The position numbers and the translations under genes were made by a program. The notes below the pieces were generated by a model. The model searched no databases, was not told the origin of the DNA, and saw only the letters and a list, made by a program, of their open reading frames with translations. From assembly GCA_049609145.1 (NCBI GenBank), contig JBMYYF010000002.1, positions 444,466 to 508,465 on the forward strand: 64,000 bases of DNA, given 5' to 3'. Shown here piece after piece: positions 9,501 through 20,337 of the stretch. The number at the start of each line of letters is the position of its first letter. Within the stretch, counting starts at the first letter, position 1. This DNA is from Alphaproteobacteria bacterium. Its GTDB lineage: Bacteria > Pseudomonadota > Alphaproteobacteria > SPJN01.

Positions 9501-12500
9501 GCCACAGGCGAAATCACGGTTGTTGATGCCAGCATCCTTGATTTTGAATCGCTGGAATCAACCGATCTGCTTATCCGCGTAACTGATGCAGGTGGCAATG
9601 AGGATGAAGAAGCCTTCACCGTCAATATTACGGATGTGAATGAGGCACCGACCCTTACGCATGAGACGATTTCCGTGCTGGCCAAAGACTTGCCGTTCCA
9701 AATGCCAATGGTGCGGTTCGGTCTTGAAGATCCGGATGCAGGCGAGGTGCTATCGCTTATTGTTACCAGCGCCATCGCGCGTGACACCGGCGGTAATCCT
9801 AAACCGGATGCCGATGTAACAGATCTGTTTGAGAACGATGATAGCGTGTCTGTGCGTGAGGATCGTAATGATTTCACCGATGACGAAGCCTTGGTTACAA
9901 CCAATGCTGCTTACCTGTTGCTTGATCCAGGCTCCGTCAATGACGGTACCTTGGAAGACGATATTGAATTCGGCAAACGTGACCGTGTCACCAATGCAGA
10001 CGTGATTGACCTGACCGTCGAGCTTTCGGATTCTTCTGGCGAAACAAAGGTTGAAACCCTGACCTTCGATTTGCTGAGCCCGCTTTTGGTGGGGGATGCA
10101 GATTCGACAGGTACAGGCGGCAACGATTATCTGGTTGGCAATTTGGCCGCGCAAACCATGCGTGGCGGCGGCGATGATGATATTTTGATCGGAGCGCGTA
10201 TTGATCCGACCGCGCTTGGATATAATCCGAACAACCCGCTGGGCCTTTTTGAGGAAGGCGATCAACTGTTTGGCGGCGGCGGCAATGACCTGCTGTTTGC
10301 GCGCTATGGTCAATCCCATCTGAATGGTGGCGGGGGCAATGATATTCTGTATTCCGATGGCGGCGCAGGCGATATGCGCTTTACGCCGGGTACAGGCAAT
10401 AACGCCATTTTTGCCCATTCATCCGGCCTGAATATTCTTGATTATTCAGCAGCTTTGCCCGATGGCACGCGTGTTATCGTGGATTTTGATACAGGCATCG
10501 CTTTGCAAGAGTTTGAAGTGACCCCTGATGTGTTCGAGCTGCGCAACACCGATGAAACCTTCGGTGATGCGGGCAAGTCAGGCATCAACGCCTTTTACGG
10601 CACAAATTCAGACGATATTGTAAAAGGCAGCACCGGGCATATGCGTGTTGCGCTTAATCGTGGCTTGGAAACCTTTGCCCCCATGCCCTACACGCCTGAT
10701 ACGGCGATCGAGGTGATTGCGCCAAATGGCGGTGACGACATCATCGATGGCGGTGATGCCTTCTCTATCCTGTCTTATATGGGCGTGGCCGTGGGCGGCG
10801 CGACCGTGAATGCGGGCGTGAACGTAAACTTTGTCACCGGGGTGGCGGTCGATCCGCTGTCGGGCGTTGATAATTTCACTGGCATTGAAGGGGTGATCGG
10901 TACCGCTTTCGATGACGTGTTGATCGGCGATGAAAACGGCCAAGTGTTTGAAGGCGGCCAAGGCGATGATGATATTCGCGGTGGCAGCGGGCTGGATGAA
11001 AACGGCCTTGAAAATGTGGATGTGGTACGCTTTGAACACATCTTGTCGGAAGATATGGGGCACTTTACCTCCATCACCGGCACAGAGTTTGCGAATGTTA
11101 TAGATGGTATTGCTCTCGAGATTTTCTCGGTCATAGACCGGGTCTATACTGATGGCCATGGCGATGTAGATGACATCCGCGGGATTGAACGCTATATCGG
11201 CACGGGGCTGCGGGATGAAGTACGTGTTTCCGCCGGTGAAAAAATTATCAGCTTCTATGGTCTTGGCGGGGATGACTTTGTTCGGGCGCTCGATGGCGAT
11301 TTTGAATTCTTCGCCGGGCCGGGCGATGATGGTTTTGAGGGGCGTGGCACTAGCGATGACCTTGTGTTCGGCATGCAGGGAGAGGATGTTCTGTTAGGCG
11401 GTGATGGCGCGGATGTTCTGGTGGGTGGCTTCGGGCGCGAAGCAATCATTTTCGGCGGTGATGAGAATGATTTGATCTTTGCCAGTGGGTCTGCGCTTGC
11501 CATTCCCACACTGGGGGCGTTGGTAGATGATCTTGCCACCACTACAGTGGACGAAAGCGAAGATGATTACGCCAATCCGTCCGTCACATTCGATTTCACC
11601 AATGGTCTGCAAGGCGTCAATACATTTGTTAATGATTTTGTCGCCCGCGCAAATGATCCTGCCGGTGCCGCGCTGGCACCTAGCGTGCGTTTCAGAATGC
11701 CGGATGAGTTGGTGGATGAGGCACCGCACCCCACATTGGCAGGCCGTGCTGATCTTGGGGCGGATGGCCTAGCCCTTCAAACCCTCGATGGCGGCGATGG
11801 CAATGATATGCTCGTGGGGTCGGCCCTGGGGCGTGATCAACTTTTCGGTGGGCTGGGTGATAATGTGCTGCATGGCGGTGCACCAATTAGCTACAACTTG
11901 GTTGGTTATGGCGCTGTTGCGCTGGAGAACAATTTAGGTATCGTGCTTGATCTGGATGGCATCTTCTTCGATGCAAATTCCGATGTGCTGTTCCACGCCT
12001 TGGATCGCAACTTTAACCCCTTTGCCTTGGGCAATATTGCCGGGGTGCGGGATCAAATTTTCTTTGCCAACGGCGTTATTGGCACCGCCAATGATGATAT
12101 TTTGATCGGTAAAGACGGCATGTATGAAGTGCTGGACCCCAATGTGGAGGGGTATCAAATTGGCACCAGCACCTATGGGCCAACCTTCTTGATCTATGAT
12201 GGAGCCAATCAGGAAATCTTCAACCCTGAGTTCTTCATCGGCTCTGCCGGGAATGATTTGATCGATGGCGATGGCCGTGATTTCGATGCCGATGATTTCG
12301 CCAATGGCACAACTGGCGAAGATATTCGGGATGCTGATGATGGTACCACCGGCTTTGATGCCTATCTCGGCTTCTTGAACGGGGGCACTTTCTACCTTGG
12401 GGTAGATAATGTGAACAATAATGGCACACCGGGCGATACGTCGGATGATTTTCAGAAAGATGCTCCCATCGCCGCTATTAGTGCAATTGGAAGTGTCAAC

Positions 12501-13649
12501 AACGGCACAGACTTGATCATCGATGTTGAAATGATTTTGGGTAGCTCAGAAACAGACAGATTCAGAGGCGATCAGCATGACAACTTCTTCTATGGCGGGG
12601 ATGGCGTTGATAATTTCCTCGAAGGCGGGAGTTTGCTGGTAGATGATGGTATGGGCGGCCAAGTATTGGATCTTTATGCCGATATGGATTTCTTGGTGTT
12701 CGATCCAAGCGCGTTTTGGCCAGCGGATTTCCCCGTTTCCGGCCCATCAAATGGCATCAATATCAATATTGCGACCATGACCATTACCGATGATGGTTTC
12801 GGCAATACGGAATCAACGTCTGATGATTTCCGCGGTATTCTGGCGACCAACCATAATGACACTATTACAGGCACCAATGCCGCAGGGTCAGAAATTCATG
12901 GCTTTGGCGGCAATGACCTCATCATTGGCGGCCAGTTCGATGATGTCATCTTGGGTGGTGATGGTAACGATACCATCGGCGGTGCAGATGGCGATGATGA
13001 ATTGCGCGGCGATGACGGCAATGATTTCCTAGAAGCAGGGATTGGTGATGACACGCTCTCCGGCGGCGCGGGTAATGACGTTCTGTTGGGTGATGCGGGA
13101 TCTGATGTGCTGCTAGGTGGCGCCGGCTCTGACACATTGCGTGGTGGGTTGGGTGATGGGGCTGACGATCTCATGCTTGATTTCTCCGATGGCATAGATG
13201 TAAACACTTATGTTGTGGACATTAATTCCGGTGCAGCAGACGACGCAGCAGATAGCTGGACCCACATAAATGGTGCTGACCAAATTGGCACCAATGATCC
13301 CCTGGCCGCTGAGCTGGAGGATCTGTTGGGCAGCGCAACGGCGCAATTCGCAGTTGGGCAGGATGTGCTGCAATTTATCGATCTTAGCAGTGCTACCAGT
13401 CGCATCGATTCAGAAGCTGATTTTGTAGCGGAATACGATACGTTTAGTCTGCTTAATGCTCGGTGGTTTGCGTCTGTCGATGGCGCTGCAGGCAATGTTA
13501 TTAACGTCTCGTTCGGGGGCGAATCAGCCCTTACCATCGTGCTGGATCAGGATGTTGATACATCGCTTTACGGCAATAATGGCAACTTCAATGATGGGGA
13601 TGCCTTTATCACAGCCCTGGGTGGGTCGGGGTCAATCGACTTCATTTGA
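6597..13649 (+). CDS. giant RTX / cadherin-like (VCBS-type) repeat adhesin, probable T1SS substrate (~2,350 aa)
   Basis: The track ORF starts at TTG 6552; ATG 6597 is preceded by GTGAGGAAC. GGxGxD nonapeptide runs occur at ~6900-7075 ([17 protein letters not shown]), ~10110-10375 and ~12900-13170 ([71 protein letters not shown]). Tandem ~100-aa ...VNDAP... modules and one canonical cadherin module (..[14 protein letters not shown]...[10 protein letters not shown]) lie at ~8400-9660. The protein is acidic and has a ~170-aa non-repeat C-terminus. Confidence 0.9.
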   Translation: MSDTKLWGDLRQRLIAESYVVRSVARLRLSKRSSQTAALISLAPLAACSSGGDSLGDALGGGGGGGTTPTGAGFTQVGNTFTGTPNDDTLAQGASTDNLSVDGQGGNDNITTGAGADQIDGGAGNDTINGGAGNDVIRPGEGQDATDGGAGNDVFVIVGTTSAGQYTADDISNVQGTGLDLSGVLDLSDLNGHTISDVIAGETIDGGAGANTVVIFGDVDLSQLELANVQVILVNSTLTVSAGQLEGNGGDISSLVGDGTSVLEIVSDGGAVEVDLTSLSNLSNFNRIILGSGVTASIDTVDDLPASLVGLSGNGTLKIVNGAADELFGVALADTLSVVDGNNIGVAGKFDATIVELADFNNAQDEEGLDLVADPAGGTIRGTRENDTITMGSGTDIATGAGGVDIFIGTAEDFAGDSILDFGGKEDVIRVLSVNGQNGSNLTASDLQVVNGRLELTDAGRTKFGLSPTDAALGVDVGANVSVRIASNGSAADITTNALPVLEGDKTVTLPEDSSIALNIQEPTDAEGDPISVFITQVPGSGTVRKANGDVVNSGEFVSTTELSGLTFEGAPDFFGDAGDLVYTVFEQGTANSQERTVSLNVTNVNDAPVVAPITRTASEDDAPGAIDLTAGQTDVDNDALTAQNVQQTGGPNNVAFTISGNNITIDPGQFNNLPDGEEVVLEFTYDVNDGTTSVSNTLTLTVTGENDAPETDLINVLSNEDAAKLQIDLLDGQTDPDDNETPLLTVSDLSVSLDTGANPVVFETVGDFLLVDPAQYNYLAAGENVILTFDYNVNDAATSTANAVNITINGINDAPDASAHADDTDEDAGIYSIDLAPLQSDPDTSNSLTISGLTRTDGRSVSHSFVGTTLSFDTNLFSDLPEGTSEDVVFEYDVSDGTTTVTRTLTITVEGREDAVTIVPNQSADVEENSPVDTVVGTVQIIDDDDPTPHTFEIFGGIHKDAFAIDSATGEITVVDASILDFESLESTDLLIRVTDAGGNEDEEAFTVNITDVNEAPTLTHETISVLAKDLPFQMPMVRFGLEDPDAGEVLSLIVTSAIARDTGGNPKPDADVTDLFENDDSVSVREDRNDFTDDEALVTTNAAYLLLDPGSVNDGTLEDDIEFGKRDRVTNADVIDLTVELSDSSGETKVETLTFDLLSPLLVGDADSTGTGGNDYLVGNLAAQTMRGGGDDDILIGARIDPTALGYNPNNPLGLFEEGDQLFGGGGNDLLFARYGQSHLNGGGGNDILYSDGGAGDMRFTPGTGNNAIFAHSSGLNILDYSAALPDGTRVIVDFDTGIALQEFEVTPDVFELRNTDETFGDAGKSGINAFYGTNSDDIVKGSTGHMRVALNRGLETFAPMPYTPDTAIEVIAPNGGDDIIDGGDAFSILSYMGVAVGGATVNAGVNVNFVTGVAVDPLSGVDNFTGIEGVIGTAFDDVLIGDENGQVFEGGQGDDDIRGGSGLDENGLENVDVVRFEHILSEDMGHFTSITGTEFANVIDGIALEIFSVIDRVYTDGHGDVDDIRGIERYIGTGLRDEVRVSAGEKIISFYGLGGDDFVRALDGDFEFFAGPGDDGFEGRGTSDDLVFGMQGEDVLLGGDGADVLVGGFGREAIIFGGDENDLIFASGSALAIPTLGALVDDLATTTVDESEDDYANPSVTFDFTNGLQGVNTFVNDFVARANDPAGAALAPSVRFRMPDELVDEAPHPTLAGRADLGADGLALQTLDGGDGNDMLVGSALGRDQLFGGLGDNVLHGGAPISYNLVGYGAVALENNLGIVLDLDGIFFDANSDVLFHALDRNFNPFALGNIAGVRDQIFFANGVIGTANDDILIGKDGMYEVLDPNVEGYQIGTSTYGPTFLIYDGANQEIFNPEFFIGSAGNDLIDGDGRDFDADDFANGTTGEDIRDADDGTTGFDAYLGFLNGGTFYLGVDNVNNNGTPGDTSDDFQKDAPIAAISAIGSVNNGTDLIIDVEMILGSSETDRFRGDQHDNFFYGGDGVDNFLEGGSLLVDDGMGGQVLDLYADMDFLVFDPSAFWPADFPVSGPSNGININIATMTITDDGFGNTESTSDDFRGILATNHNDTITGTNAAGSEIHGFGGNDLIIGGQFDDVILGGDGNDTIGGADGDDELRGDDGNDFLEAGIGDDTLSGGAGNDVLLGDAGSDVLLGGAGSDTLRGGLGDGADDLMLDFSDGIDVNTYVVDINSGAADDAADSWTHINGADQIGTNDPLAAELEDLLGSATAQFAVGQDVLQFIDLSSATSRIDSEADFVAEYDTFSLLNARWFASVDGAAGNVINVSFGGESALTIVLDQDVDTSLYGNNGNFNDGDAFITALGGSGSIDFI

Positions 13650-13674
13650 TTTTTGAAGTATCGTGAATTTCTGA

Positions 13675-13702
13675 AGGGGTCGCTGACGCGGCCCCTTTTT
13701 TG
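13675..13702 (+). terminator. rho-independent terminator after the RTX adhesin gene
   Basis: Stem GGGGTCGC-tgac-GCGGCCCC (one G.U pair), followed by TTTTTTG, 26 nt after the stop codon. Confidence 0.6.
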
Positions 13703-13808
13703 TAGCGCGGACATTTTTGCGACAATCTGACTTCTTTGTTGCGTACTCGGGTTTTTTAGGGTACATACCCCATTAATAGGGTGCCAAGCCTAACAACAGG
13801 GAAAAATC

Positions 13809-15071
13809 ATGTCTGCACAATCTGCGCTAGAAGTGGCCGCGGGCCAACCGGACCCGTGGTCCATGTCTTTGGAAACGCTGGATGTCTCCAAGGCCGAGTA
13901 TTTCAAGAATGATTGGCATGGTGAATTCTTTCGGCGTTTGCGCGCCGAAGCGCCGGTGCATTACTGCCCTGCAAGTGATCATGGCCCTTATTGGTCGATC
14001 ACCAAGTTCAACGATATTGTCGCTGTAGAAACCAACCCCCAGGTTTTCTCCTCCCAAGGCAATATTGTCATCGGTGATGCACCGGCAGACTTTAATCCCC
14101 CCATGTTCATCGCGATGGATGCGCCAAAGCATGACCATCAGCGCCGTGCGGCAACGCCGGCGGTGGCCCCCAAGCAGCTTTCAGATATGGAAAATTTGAT
14201 CCGCCAGCGCGCCGGGGCAATTTTGGATAGCCTGCCAATTGGGGAGGAATTCGATTGGGTGCAAAAGGTATCGATTGAACTAACCACCCAAATGCTGGCC
14301 ACCCTGTTTGACTTCCCGTTTGAAGATCGTCATTTGCTGCCCTATTGGTCGGATATTGCAGCCACGGGCGAACAAACAGGCCGCCCCGACATCACGCAGG
14401 AATATCGCGAAACAGAACTGCTGAAATGCCTGGAATATTTCATGCGTCTTTGGCAGGAACGCGCCGGGCAGGATGATCCTAATTTTGATTTCATCTCGCT
14501 TATGGCGAACAATCCTGACACCAAGGATATGATTAATGATCCGTTGGAGTTTTTGGGTAATTTGATGCTGTTGATTGTGGGGGGCAATGATACCACCCGT
14601 AATTCCATGTCGGGCGGTATTGTGCATCTAAATCGCAATCGGGGTGAGTTTGCCAAGCTGAAGGCCGATCCGTCCTTGGTAACGAATATGGTGTCTGAGC
14701 TTATTCGCTATCAAACGCCCTTGGGTCATATGCGTCGCACTGCGCTGGAAGATATTGATTTCAAAGGCCACAAGATCAAAAAGGGTGATCGCGTGGTCAT
14801 GTGGTATGTGTCGGGCAATCGCGATGATGAAGTGATTGAAAATCCTGATGCGTTCATCATTGATCGGGAAAATGCCCGCCACCACGTGTCCTTCGGTTTT
14901 GGTATTCACCGCTGCATGGGCAACCGCATGGCGGAAATGCAATTGCGCGTATTGTGGGAAGAAATCCTCAAGCGCTTTTCGGATATTGAGCTGGTTGGTG
15001 AACCACAGCGTGTGGAATCAAATTTTGTTATGGGATGGGAAAGCGTTCCTGTTATCGTACACAAGAAATAA
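13809..15071 (+). CDS. cytochrome P450, CYP153 family (terminal alkane/alkyl hydroxylase type)
   Basis: 420 aa. It carries the CYP153-diagnostic I-helix LLIVGGNDTTRNSMSGG and the heme loop HVSFGFGIHRCMGNRMAEMQLRVLWEEILKRF (Cys codon 14913..14915). From memory it is near-colinear with CYP153A sequences (FDWVQKVSIELTTQMLATLFDFP, RYQTPLGHMRRTALEDI). Confidence 0.9.
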   Translation: MSAQSALEVAAGQPDPWSMSLETLDVSKAEYFKNDWHGEFFRRLRAEAPVHYCPASDHGPYWSITKFNDIVAVETNPQVFSSQGNIVIGDAPADFNPPMFIAMDAPKHDHQRRAATPAVAPKQLSDMENLIRQRAGAILDSLPIGEEFDWVQKVSIELTTQMLATLFDFPFEDRHLLPYWSDIAATGEQTGRPDITQEYRETELLKCLEYFMRLWQERAGQDDPNFDFISLMANNPDTKDMINDPLEFLGNLMLLIVGGNDTTRNSMSGGIVHLNRNRGEFAKLKADPSLVTNMVSELIRYQTPLGHMRRTALEDIDFKGHKIKKGDRVVMWYVSGNRDDEVIENPDAFIIDRENARHHVSFGFGIHRCMGNRMAEMQLRVLWEEILKRFSDIELVGEPQRVESNFVMGWESVPVIVHKK

Positions 15072-15169
15072 TAATGAGAAACTCTTGGGCGCTGACATGG
15101 CCATATAAGGTTGGCGGCGCTCGTTAAAAGAGATGTGGGACTTGTAAAGGGTTAGAAGGGGTTACCTCT

Positions 15170-17575
15170 ATGCGTATATTGCTTGCAACGTCATTGATGT
15201 TGGCGGGCGTCGTTATTGGTGCGGCGCAAGCTCAAGAAAATGAAGCACTTGATGAACTAACGAACGATACCGCGAGTGAGGCCGCGCCTGCCGCCGCCAC
15301 CCCGCCAGAGCCGCAGAAAAAACGCCGCCGCATGTTGATGGATGAGGTGGTTGTTACCGCCCAGCGCCGGGCAGAAGACGTGCGTGATGTGCCGATCTCC
15401 ATGTCGGTTATGTCGGGTGAAGATATGCGCGATGCGGGGGTCAACAACTTTAATGATCTGGCGTTGCTGGTGCCCAATATCTCCGTGAACACTGATTGGT
15501 TCACCGTTTATATGCGCGGGGTCGGCACCTCGGAAGTGAACGTGATGGCCGAACAGGCTGTCGCCTATATGTTCGATAATGTCTATGTGGCGCGGGTTGA
15601 GTTTCTGCGCGCAGGCTTTTTGGATGTAGAACGGCTCGAGGTTTTGAAAGGCCCGCAAGGTGTGCTGTTTGGCCGAAATTCACCTGCTGGCGTGATCAAC
15701 GTCACCCAGGGAAAGCCGCAATATGAATGGGGCTTTAGGGCAGAAGGCACGATTGGCCAGCTTGAAACCAAGGAAGTGCGCGGCATGGTTACGGGCCCGC
15801 TGATCGGCGACAAAGTCGCGTTCCGCCTTGCCGGTTCTTACGGCGAAGTTGCACCCCATACAGAAAACCTGTTTGACCCAAATGTGCCGATTGGCGGCAA
15901 GGAAACGCTGCATCTGCGCGGCAAGCTGTTGTTCGATATTTCTGAAAGCTTTTCGGTCACAATGAATGCAAGTTACTTTGACTACCACTTCGGGCAATGG
16001 GCATCGACAGAACAAACCTATACGCCGGAAGAATGGAAAATCATCTTCCGCACACAAGACCCCAATTTTGAAGACGATTTTGATCGCCGCGGTTCGTCGC
16101 GTGATGGATCATCAGCCATAGGGGATGGCTATATCTTGTCCCTTGAGGCGAATCTGGATTGGAAAGATCATGCCTTCTCCTTCGTGTCCTCCTTCGGTAA
16201 TTATGCCGATGTTTCGGGTGGTGATTTGGAAGCTACGGCCTTTCCGCTGAACGAATTTGGCTTCAACAATGAATATTGGCAGTTCACAGAAGAACTGAAG
16301 GTCGTATCGCCGCCGGGCAAGCTGGAATATGTAGCTGGGTTGTTTGGTTTCCGCTCCCATTCCGATGCCTATGGCCGTGGTCTTTTGCTGCGGGATATCG
16401 GCACGCAAATCTTGCAAGATATTATTGTGCCAGATGCGCTGTCCGGCATTTTTGATGCTGTCACCGGTGCCTTGGGTGGCGATGTAGATGTGTTCGATGG
16501 TGATTTGATCGATTGCTATTGTATTTTGGATACATGGTCGGCTGCCGCCTTTGGTCAGGCGTCATGGCACATCACGGAAGACATTACCTTGATGGCCGGT
16601 GGACGGTTCACATGGGAAAAGAAAGAATTTGAAGCCCATTTGCACGCAGAACAAGGCAGTATCATTTGGGGCCCGCTATTGCTGGGGCCGGGTTATGATA
16701 TTTTCCCCAAAACGATCTACACAGATTTCAGCCCCAAAGCATCCATTACATGGGAGGCGATGGAAGAGATTACGCTCTATGCCACCTATGCAGAGGGTTT
16801 CCGTTCCGGGTCTTTCAATGTGGCGTCGTTCAAGGTGGAAGATGTGGAGTTCGATCCCGAAACATCTGTCACCTATGAGGCGGGCGTTAAAACAACCTTT
16901 TTTGATGGATTGGCGCGGGTGAATGTCGGCCTGTTCTGGACCGACTATACCGATTATCAGGTCACGACATTTGAAACGATCACCTTTGAAAGCTCCAACG
17001 CGGAAGAAGTGCGCGTGCGTGGTGTTGAAGCAGATTTCACGGTCTCACCGTTTGAAGGTTTGGTGTTGGTCGGGTCAGTTGGTTATAACGATGCGTCTTA
17101 TGTGAAGTTCACACAGGCAAGCTGTCATACACTCGCGCCGACAGAGCTTGGCTCCGGCAGTTGTACTTTGCCGCAAGGCCCGGTGAATACGCCGCCGGAT
17201 ACATTTACGGACTTGTCGGGCCGGCAATTGTTCCGCGCGCCGAAATGGACAACATCCCTTAACGCCATTTGGGCCATTCCGCTCAATATCGCAAACAGCG
17301 TTGCCTTGATTGCCGGATCGGCCTCATTCCGTGGCACAGAATATATCGACCCGGATCTTGATCCGCGGGACATTCAAGAAGCGCATTGGATTTTTGGGGC
17401 GCGCTTGGGCATTCGTGACGCTGATGGCTTGTGGAGCTTTGAGGTGCAGGGCAAAAATCTGTCAGATGAGATTGTGAAGATCACCTCATTCGATGCGCCG
17501 ATTGCGCTGGGTGCCCATATGGCACAATCCAACCCGCCTCGTACAATCGTGGCCAAGTTCCGCGTGGAATTTTAA
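15170..17575 (+). CDS. TonB-dependent receptor
   Basis: 801 aa with signal peptide ..GAAQAQ and an acidic/Pro-rich linker. It has a TonB-box/plug (DEVVVTAQRRAEDVRDVPISMSV, ERLEVLKGPQGVLFGRNSPAGVINV) and a C-terminal beta-barrel ending in F (KFRVEF). Confidence 0.9.
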   Translation: MRILLATSLMLAGVVIGAAQAQENEALDELTNDTASEAAPAAATPPEPQKKRRRMLMDEVVVTAQRRAEDVRDVPISMSVMSGEDMRDAGVNNFNDLALLVPNISVNTDWFTVYMRGVGTSEVNVMAEQAVAYMFDNVYVARVEFLRAGFLDVERLEVLKGPQGVLFGRNSPAGVINVTQGKPQYEWGFRAEGTIGQLETKEVRGMVTGPLIGDKVAFRLAGSYGEVAPHTENLFDPNVPIGGKETLHLRGKLLFDISESFSVTMNASYFDYHFGQWASTEQTYTPEEWKIIFRTQDPNFEDDFDRRGSSRDGSSAIGDGYILSLEANLDWKDHAFSFVSSFGNYADVSGGDLEATAFPLNEFGFNNEYWQFTEELKVVSPPGKLEYVAGLFGFRSHSDAYGRGLLLRDIGTQILQDIIVPDALSGIFDAVTGALGGDVDVFDGDLIDCYCILDTWSAAAFGQASWHITEDITLMAGGRFTWEKKEFEAHLHAEQGSIIWGPLLLGPGYDIFPKTIYTDFSPKASITWEAMEEITLYATYAEGFRSGSFNVASFKVEDVEFDPETSVTYEAGVKTTFFDGLARVNVGLFWTDYTDYQVTTFETITFESSNAEEVRVRGVEADFTVSPFEGLVLVGSVGYNDASYVKFTQASCHTLAPTELGSGSCTLPQGPVNTPPDTFTDLSGRQLFRAPKWTTSLNAIWAIPLNIANSVALIAGSASFRGTEYIDPDLDPRDIQEAHWIFGARLGIRDADGLWSFEVQGKNLSDEIVKITSFDAPIALGAHMAQSNPPRTIVAKFRVEF

Positions 17576-18231
17576 TGCCACGAGATACCCGTGATAGAAT
17601 ATTGGTGGCAGCCAAGCGTATGTTCAACGAACAGCGCTTTGGCAATGTCACCATTGCGGCGCTGGCTAAAGAGGTGGGCATTGCCGAAGGCAATCTTTGG
17701 TATCACTTTAAAAACAAGCGGGTATTGCTGGAGGCGTTGACCGAACAGTTTATTGTCCACTTGGAGCGGCGGTTAAGCATTTTGCCAACGCATAAGGGCA
17801 ATGTGCTGGGTGAGTTTGCGTTTCTTCTGCTTGAATGCGCGCATGAAATTCGCGAATTTCGGTTTCTTTATCGCGATCAGGCTGATTATGGGGAACATAC
17901 AGATGTTTTGTTGCGCGAACTGCCTGAAATTTACCGCCGCACGATTGGGCAATTCCAGCAGTTCTTTGAGGCGATGATCCGCAAGGGCGATTTGGATTGG
18001 CCGCATAATCAGGCCGATCAGCTTGCCAGTAATGTCGTGATTATACTGCGTTATAATCTTGAATATATGCGCGAGCGCGGCTTGGATGAAAGTGGGGCTG
18101 TTCACGCCTCACTGCATCAACAGCTTACTTTATATGAAAACCGCATGAGGCAAGAGGCTGCGGAACAATTGCGCCTCTATTTGTCCCCTGACGAAACCCA
18201 TTGGCCCGAGCCCGCAGCCGGTCAAGCGTAA
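17575..18231 (+). CDS. TetR/AcrR-family transcriptional regulator
   Basis: 218 aa with an N-terminal HTH (RDRILVAAKRMFNEQRFGNVTIAALAKEVGIAEGNLWYHFKNK). Its ATG overlaps the receptor stop (TAATG). Confidence 0.85.
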   Translation: MPRDTRDRILVAAKRMFNEQRFGNVTIAALAKEVGIAEGNLWYHFKNKRVLLEALTEQFIVHLERRLSILPTHKGNVLGEFAFLLLECAHEIREFRFLYRDQADYGEHTDVLLRELPEIYRRTIGQFQQFFEAMIRKGDLDWPHNQADQLASNVVIILRYNLEYMRERGLDESGAVHASLHQQLTLYENRMRQEAAEQLRLYLSPDETHWPEPAAGQA

Positions 18232-18235
18232 AGGG

Positions 18236-19651
18236 CTAGCGGCGGTTTTCCAACACGCGCCCGGCACCGGAAGCCATGCCGAGTATAATGGCATACAGCA
18301 CGGCAATGGCCGGCATTTCTGCTGAAAAATCAACGGCCGTATGCATGCCCAACAACACGGTCCAGGCCACCGCCATGGCAGGGGCCATAGCGGCCCGGCC
18401 GCCTTTGCGGGCAGCGCCGATTGCCTTTAAAGCCAACAGGCAAGGGGCCAACACCAAGGCGATTGTTGCTGGTACGCCAATTTCCACGGCCAGTTCCAGA
18501 TAGGTTGAATGGGCATGGTCAATGCGTGGTGGTTGCCACAATTGTTCCGCCCCGCGGGTCATCGCATAGGCGGCTTCAAACGTATCATAGCCCGTGCCCC
18601 AAATCGGGCGTTGCTCGATTATCGTTAGAATGTGTTGAAATATGCTCCAACGTAGATCGTCATCCAGCAAGGTGAAGCGGGTGTCCAACCCCTCGCCGGA
18701 AAGACGGAACAACATGAAAATCCACCCAAGTGCCAGCAGGGCAATCAGCAGAAGAAGCCACAGGCTGCGTTTTACACCGCGTACATCTGTTGGGCGCCGC
18801 GTGGTGCCGGCTAACAGAACGACAATCGCCACCGCCAGCATCGTGGCGCTGAAACCGGCTCGCGATTCTGTCATGATTACCAATGAAATGCCCGCCACGA
18901 ACAATACCAGCCCGAATAAAATGGGTAGGGATTGATCATTTAGAGTATCGGCAATCGCCCGGCGGCCTTTGTAAGTTGTGTTGGCAGAACCCTGCAAGGT
19001 CCATATGACCAGCACCAGCCCGCCGGTGCCGATCATACCGGCATAGGTCGCAAAGGAGTTGCGGTTGACAAAGGGACCGGTCGGCACCCCGGGATAGGCG
19101 CGCGGGTCTCCCAACAGGCGTTGATCGGCGTTAATGACAAAATCGGCGAATGAAAGCCCAAGCCATACGCCGCCACTTATAAGCACGGCTATGGTCAATA
19201 AATACAGGCGATCAAATCTGCGAGCCGCCAAGTAGCTGACAATGAAAAGAAAGCCATAGGCAATCAACAAGGGCAGGCGTTCAATTGTACTGATCGGATC
19301 GATTGATAGATATGCCTGCAAATTTGGTTCGCCAAGGGCGGCTGCGGCTTTGGCCCACAGCGGGTGCGCCAGGCTAAATGGCAAGGGCAGCAAGCCTTGA
19401 ATGGCGATATAGGCCAAAACCACAACAAATAGGGTGGTTGGCAATACTGGCAACCGCAACCGGCGCAACCGCCTTTTATCTTTCAGCAGTGTGGGCATCA
19501 TGGCCACCAACGCCAACAAGGCAGCGGCGATGACGATCAGGATTACCGGCAAGGCCCGGTTGGAGGCAAGAGGCAGGGGGGTGATCGCCACCATGGCAAT
19601 CGTGCCCCAGGTGAGGAACGCCATCACGCGATCATCCAGTTTGGCCTTCAT
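18236..19651 (-). CDS. O-antigen ligase / Wzy_C-domain polytopic membrane protein
   Basis: 471 aa with about 10-12 TM segments. It has a periplasmic loop with the ..SRAGF.. motif and DHAHSTYLELAVEIGVPA, typical of the O-antigen ligase/polymerase domain. Confidence 0.7.
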   Translation of the reverse strand: MKAKLDDRVMAFLTWGTIAMVAITPLPLASNRALPVILIVIAAALLALVAMMPTLLKDKRRLRRLRLPVLPTTLFVVVLAYIAIQGLLPLPFSLAHPLWAKAAAALGEPNLQAYLSIDPISTIERLPLLIAYGFLFIVSYLAARRFDRLYLLTIAVLISGGVWLGLSFADFVINADQRLLGDPRAYPGVPTGPFVNRNSFATYAGMIGTGGLVLVIWTLQGSANTTYKGRRAIADTLNDQSLPILFGLVLFVAGISLVIMTESRAGFSATMLAVAIVVLLAGTTRRPTDVRGVKRSLWLLLLIALLALGWIFMLFRLSGEGLDTRFTLLDDDLRWSIFQHILTIIEQRPIWGTGYDTFEAAYAMTRGAEQLWQPPRIDHAHSTYLELAVEIGVPATIALVLAPCLLALKAIGAARKGGRAAMAPAMAVAWTVLLGMHTAVDFSAEMPAIAVLYAIILGMASGAGRVLENRR

Positions 19652-19725
19652 GCCCCCAAATTATCCTTTTCGTGTCACCCATTTAAGGGTTGGCCAGACC
19701 GGCCTCCGCGTTTGTAAAACGGGTC

Positions 19726-20337
19726 CTAGAAGAACCGTTCCCCAATCTCAATGATGTCGCCCGGCAACACGATTGTGTTGGCTTCCGCGTGATAAGATTG
19801 CGTTTGGCCAAGGTGATCAATACGCGTCAACATAACTTTTTCCTTGTTGGCGCGGTCAGTGAAACCACCAGCCAGTACAATGGCCTTCAGCACTGTCAAA
19901 CGCGCTTCATAGGAATAGGAGCCGGGCTTGTTCACTTCGCCCAAAATATAGAACGGGCGGTAGTTCAGAACCTCAATAGAGATGCGCGGCTCGACCAGAT
20001 AACCGTCTTGATAGGCTAGACTTAGACCATATTCAACTTCACGGATGGTGTAGCCAGCAACGATCATTTCACCGATTAGGGGCAGGCCAATTGTGCCTTC
20101 TGAACCAACTTCGTATTCGCCTGAAAGGTTTGGCTCATCAAACACATTGATCCGCACCCGGTCGCCCGGGCCAAGCCGATAAGCGGTATCGGCGGCGGCG
20201 TAGCTGCCGTCATTATAGCCGCTGTCCTGCGCATATGCGGGGCCGCTGGTTGCAATACTGCCGGTCAAAAGCAAGGCAAACGCGAGAAACGCGGTTGTTG
20301 CACCGACCGGAAAAAAGGCGTTGATCCACCGTATCAT
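19726..20337 (-). CDS. polysaccharide export protein (Wza-like; Poly_export + SLBB)
   Basis: The track ORF extends to 20445. I prefer ATG 20337 (MIRWINAFFPVGATTAFLAFALLLTG...), which has GGAG upstream. Motifs present: YRLGPGDRVRINVFDEPNLSGEYEVGSEGTIGLPLIGEMIVAG and FYILGEVNKPGSY. Confidence 0.8.
   Translation of the reverse strand: MIRWINAFFPVGATTAFLAFALLLTGSIATSGPAYAQDSGYNDGSYAAADTAYRLGPGDRVRINVFDEPNLSGEYEVGSEGTIGLPLIGEMIVAGYTIREVEYGLSLAYQDGYLVEPRISIEVLNYRPFYILGEVNKPGSYSYEARLTVLKAIVLAGGFTDRANKEKVMLTRIDHLGQTQSYHAEANTIVLPGDIIEIGERFF

Noticed and set aside
6578-13537. Numerous 60-220-aa ORFs on both strands inside the RTX adhesin gene
   Set aside because: Same shadow-ORF effect; none interrupts or competes with the 7-kb open frame.
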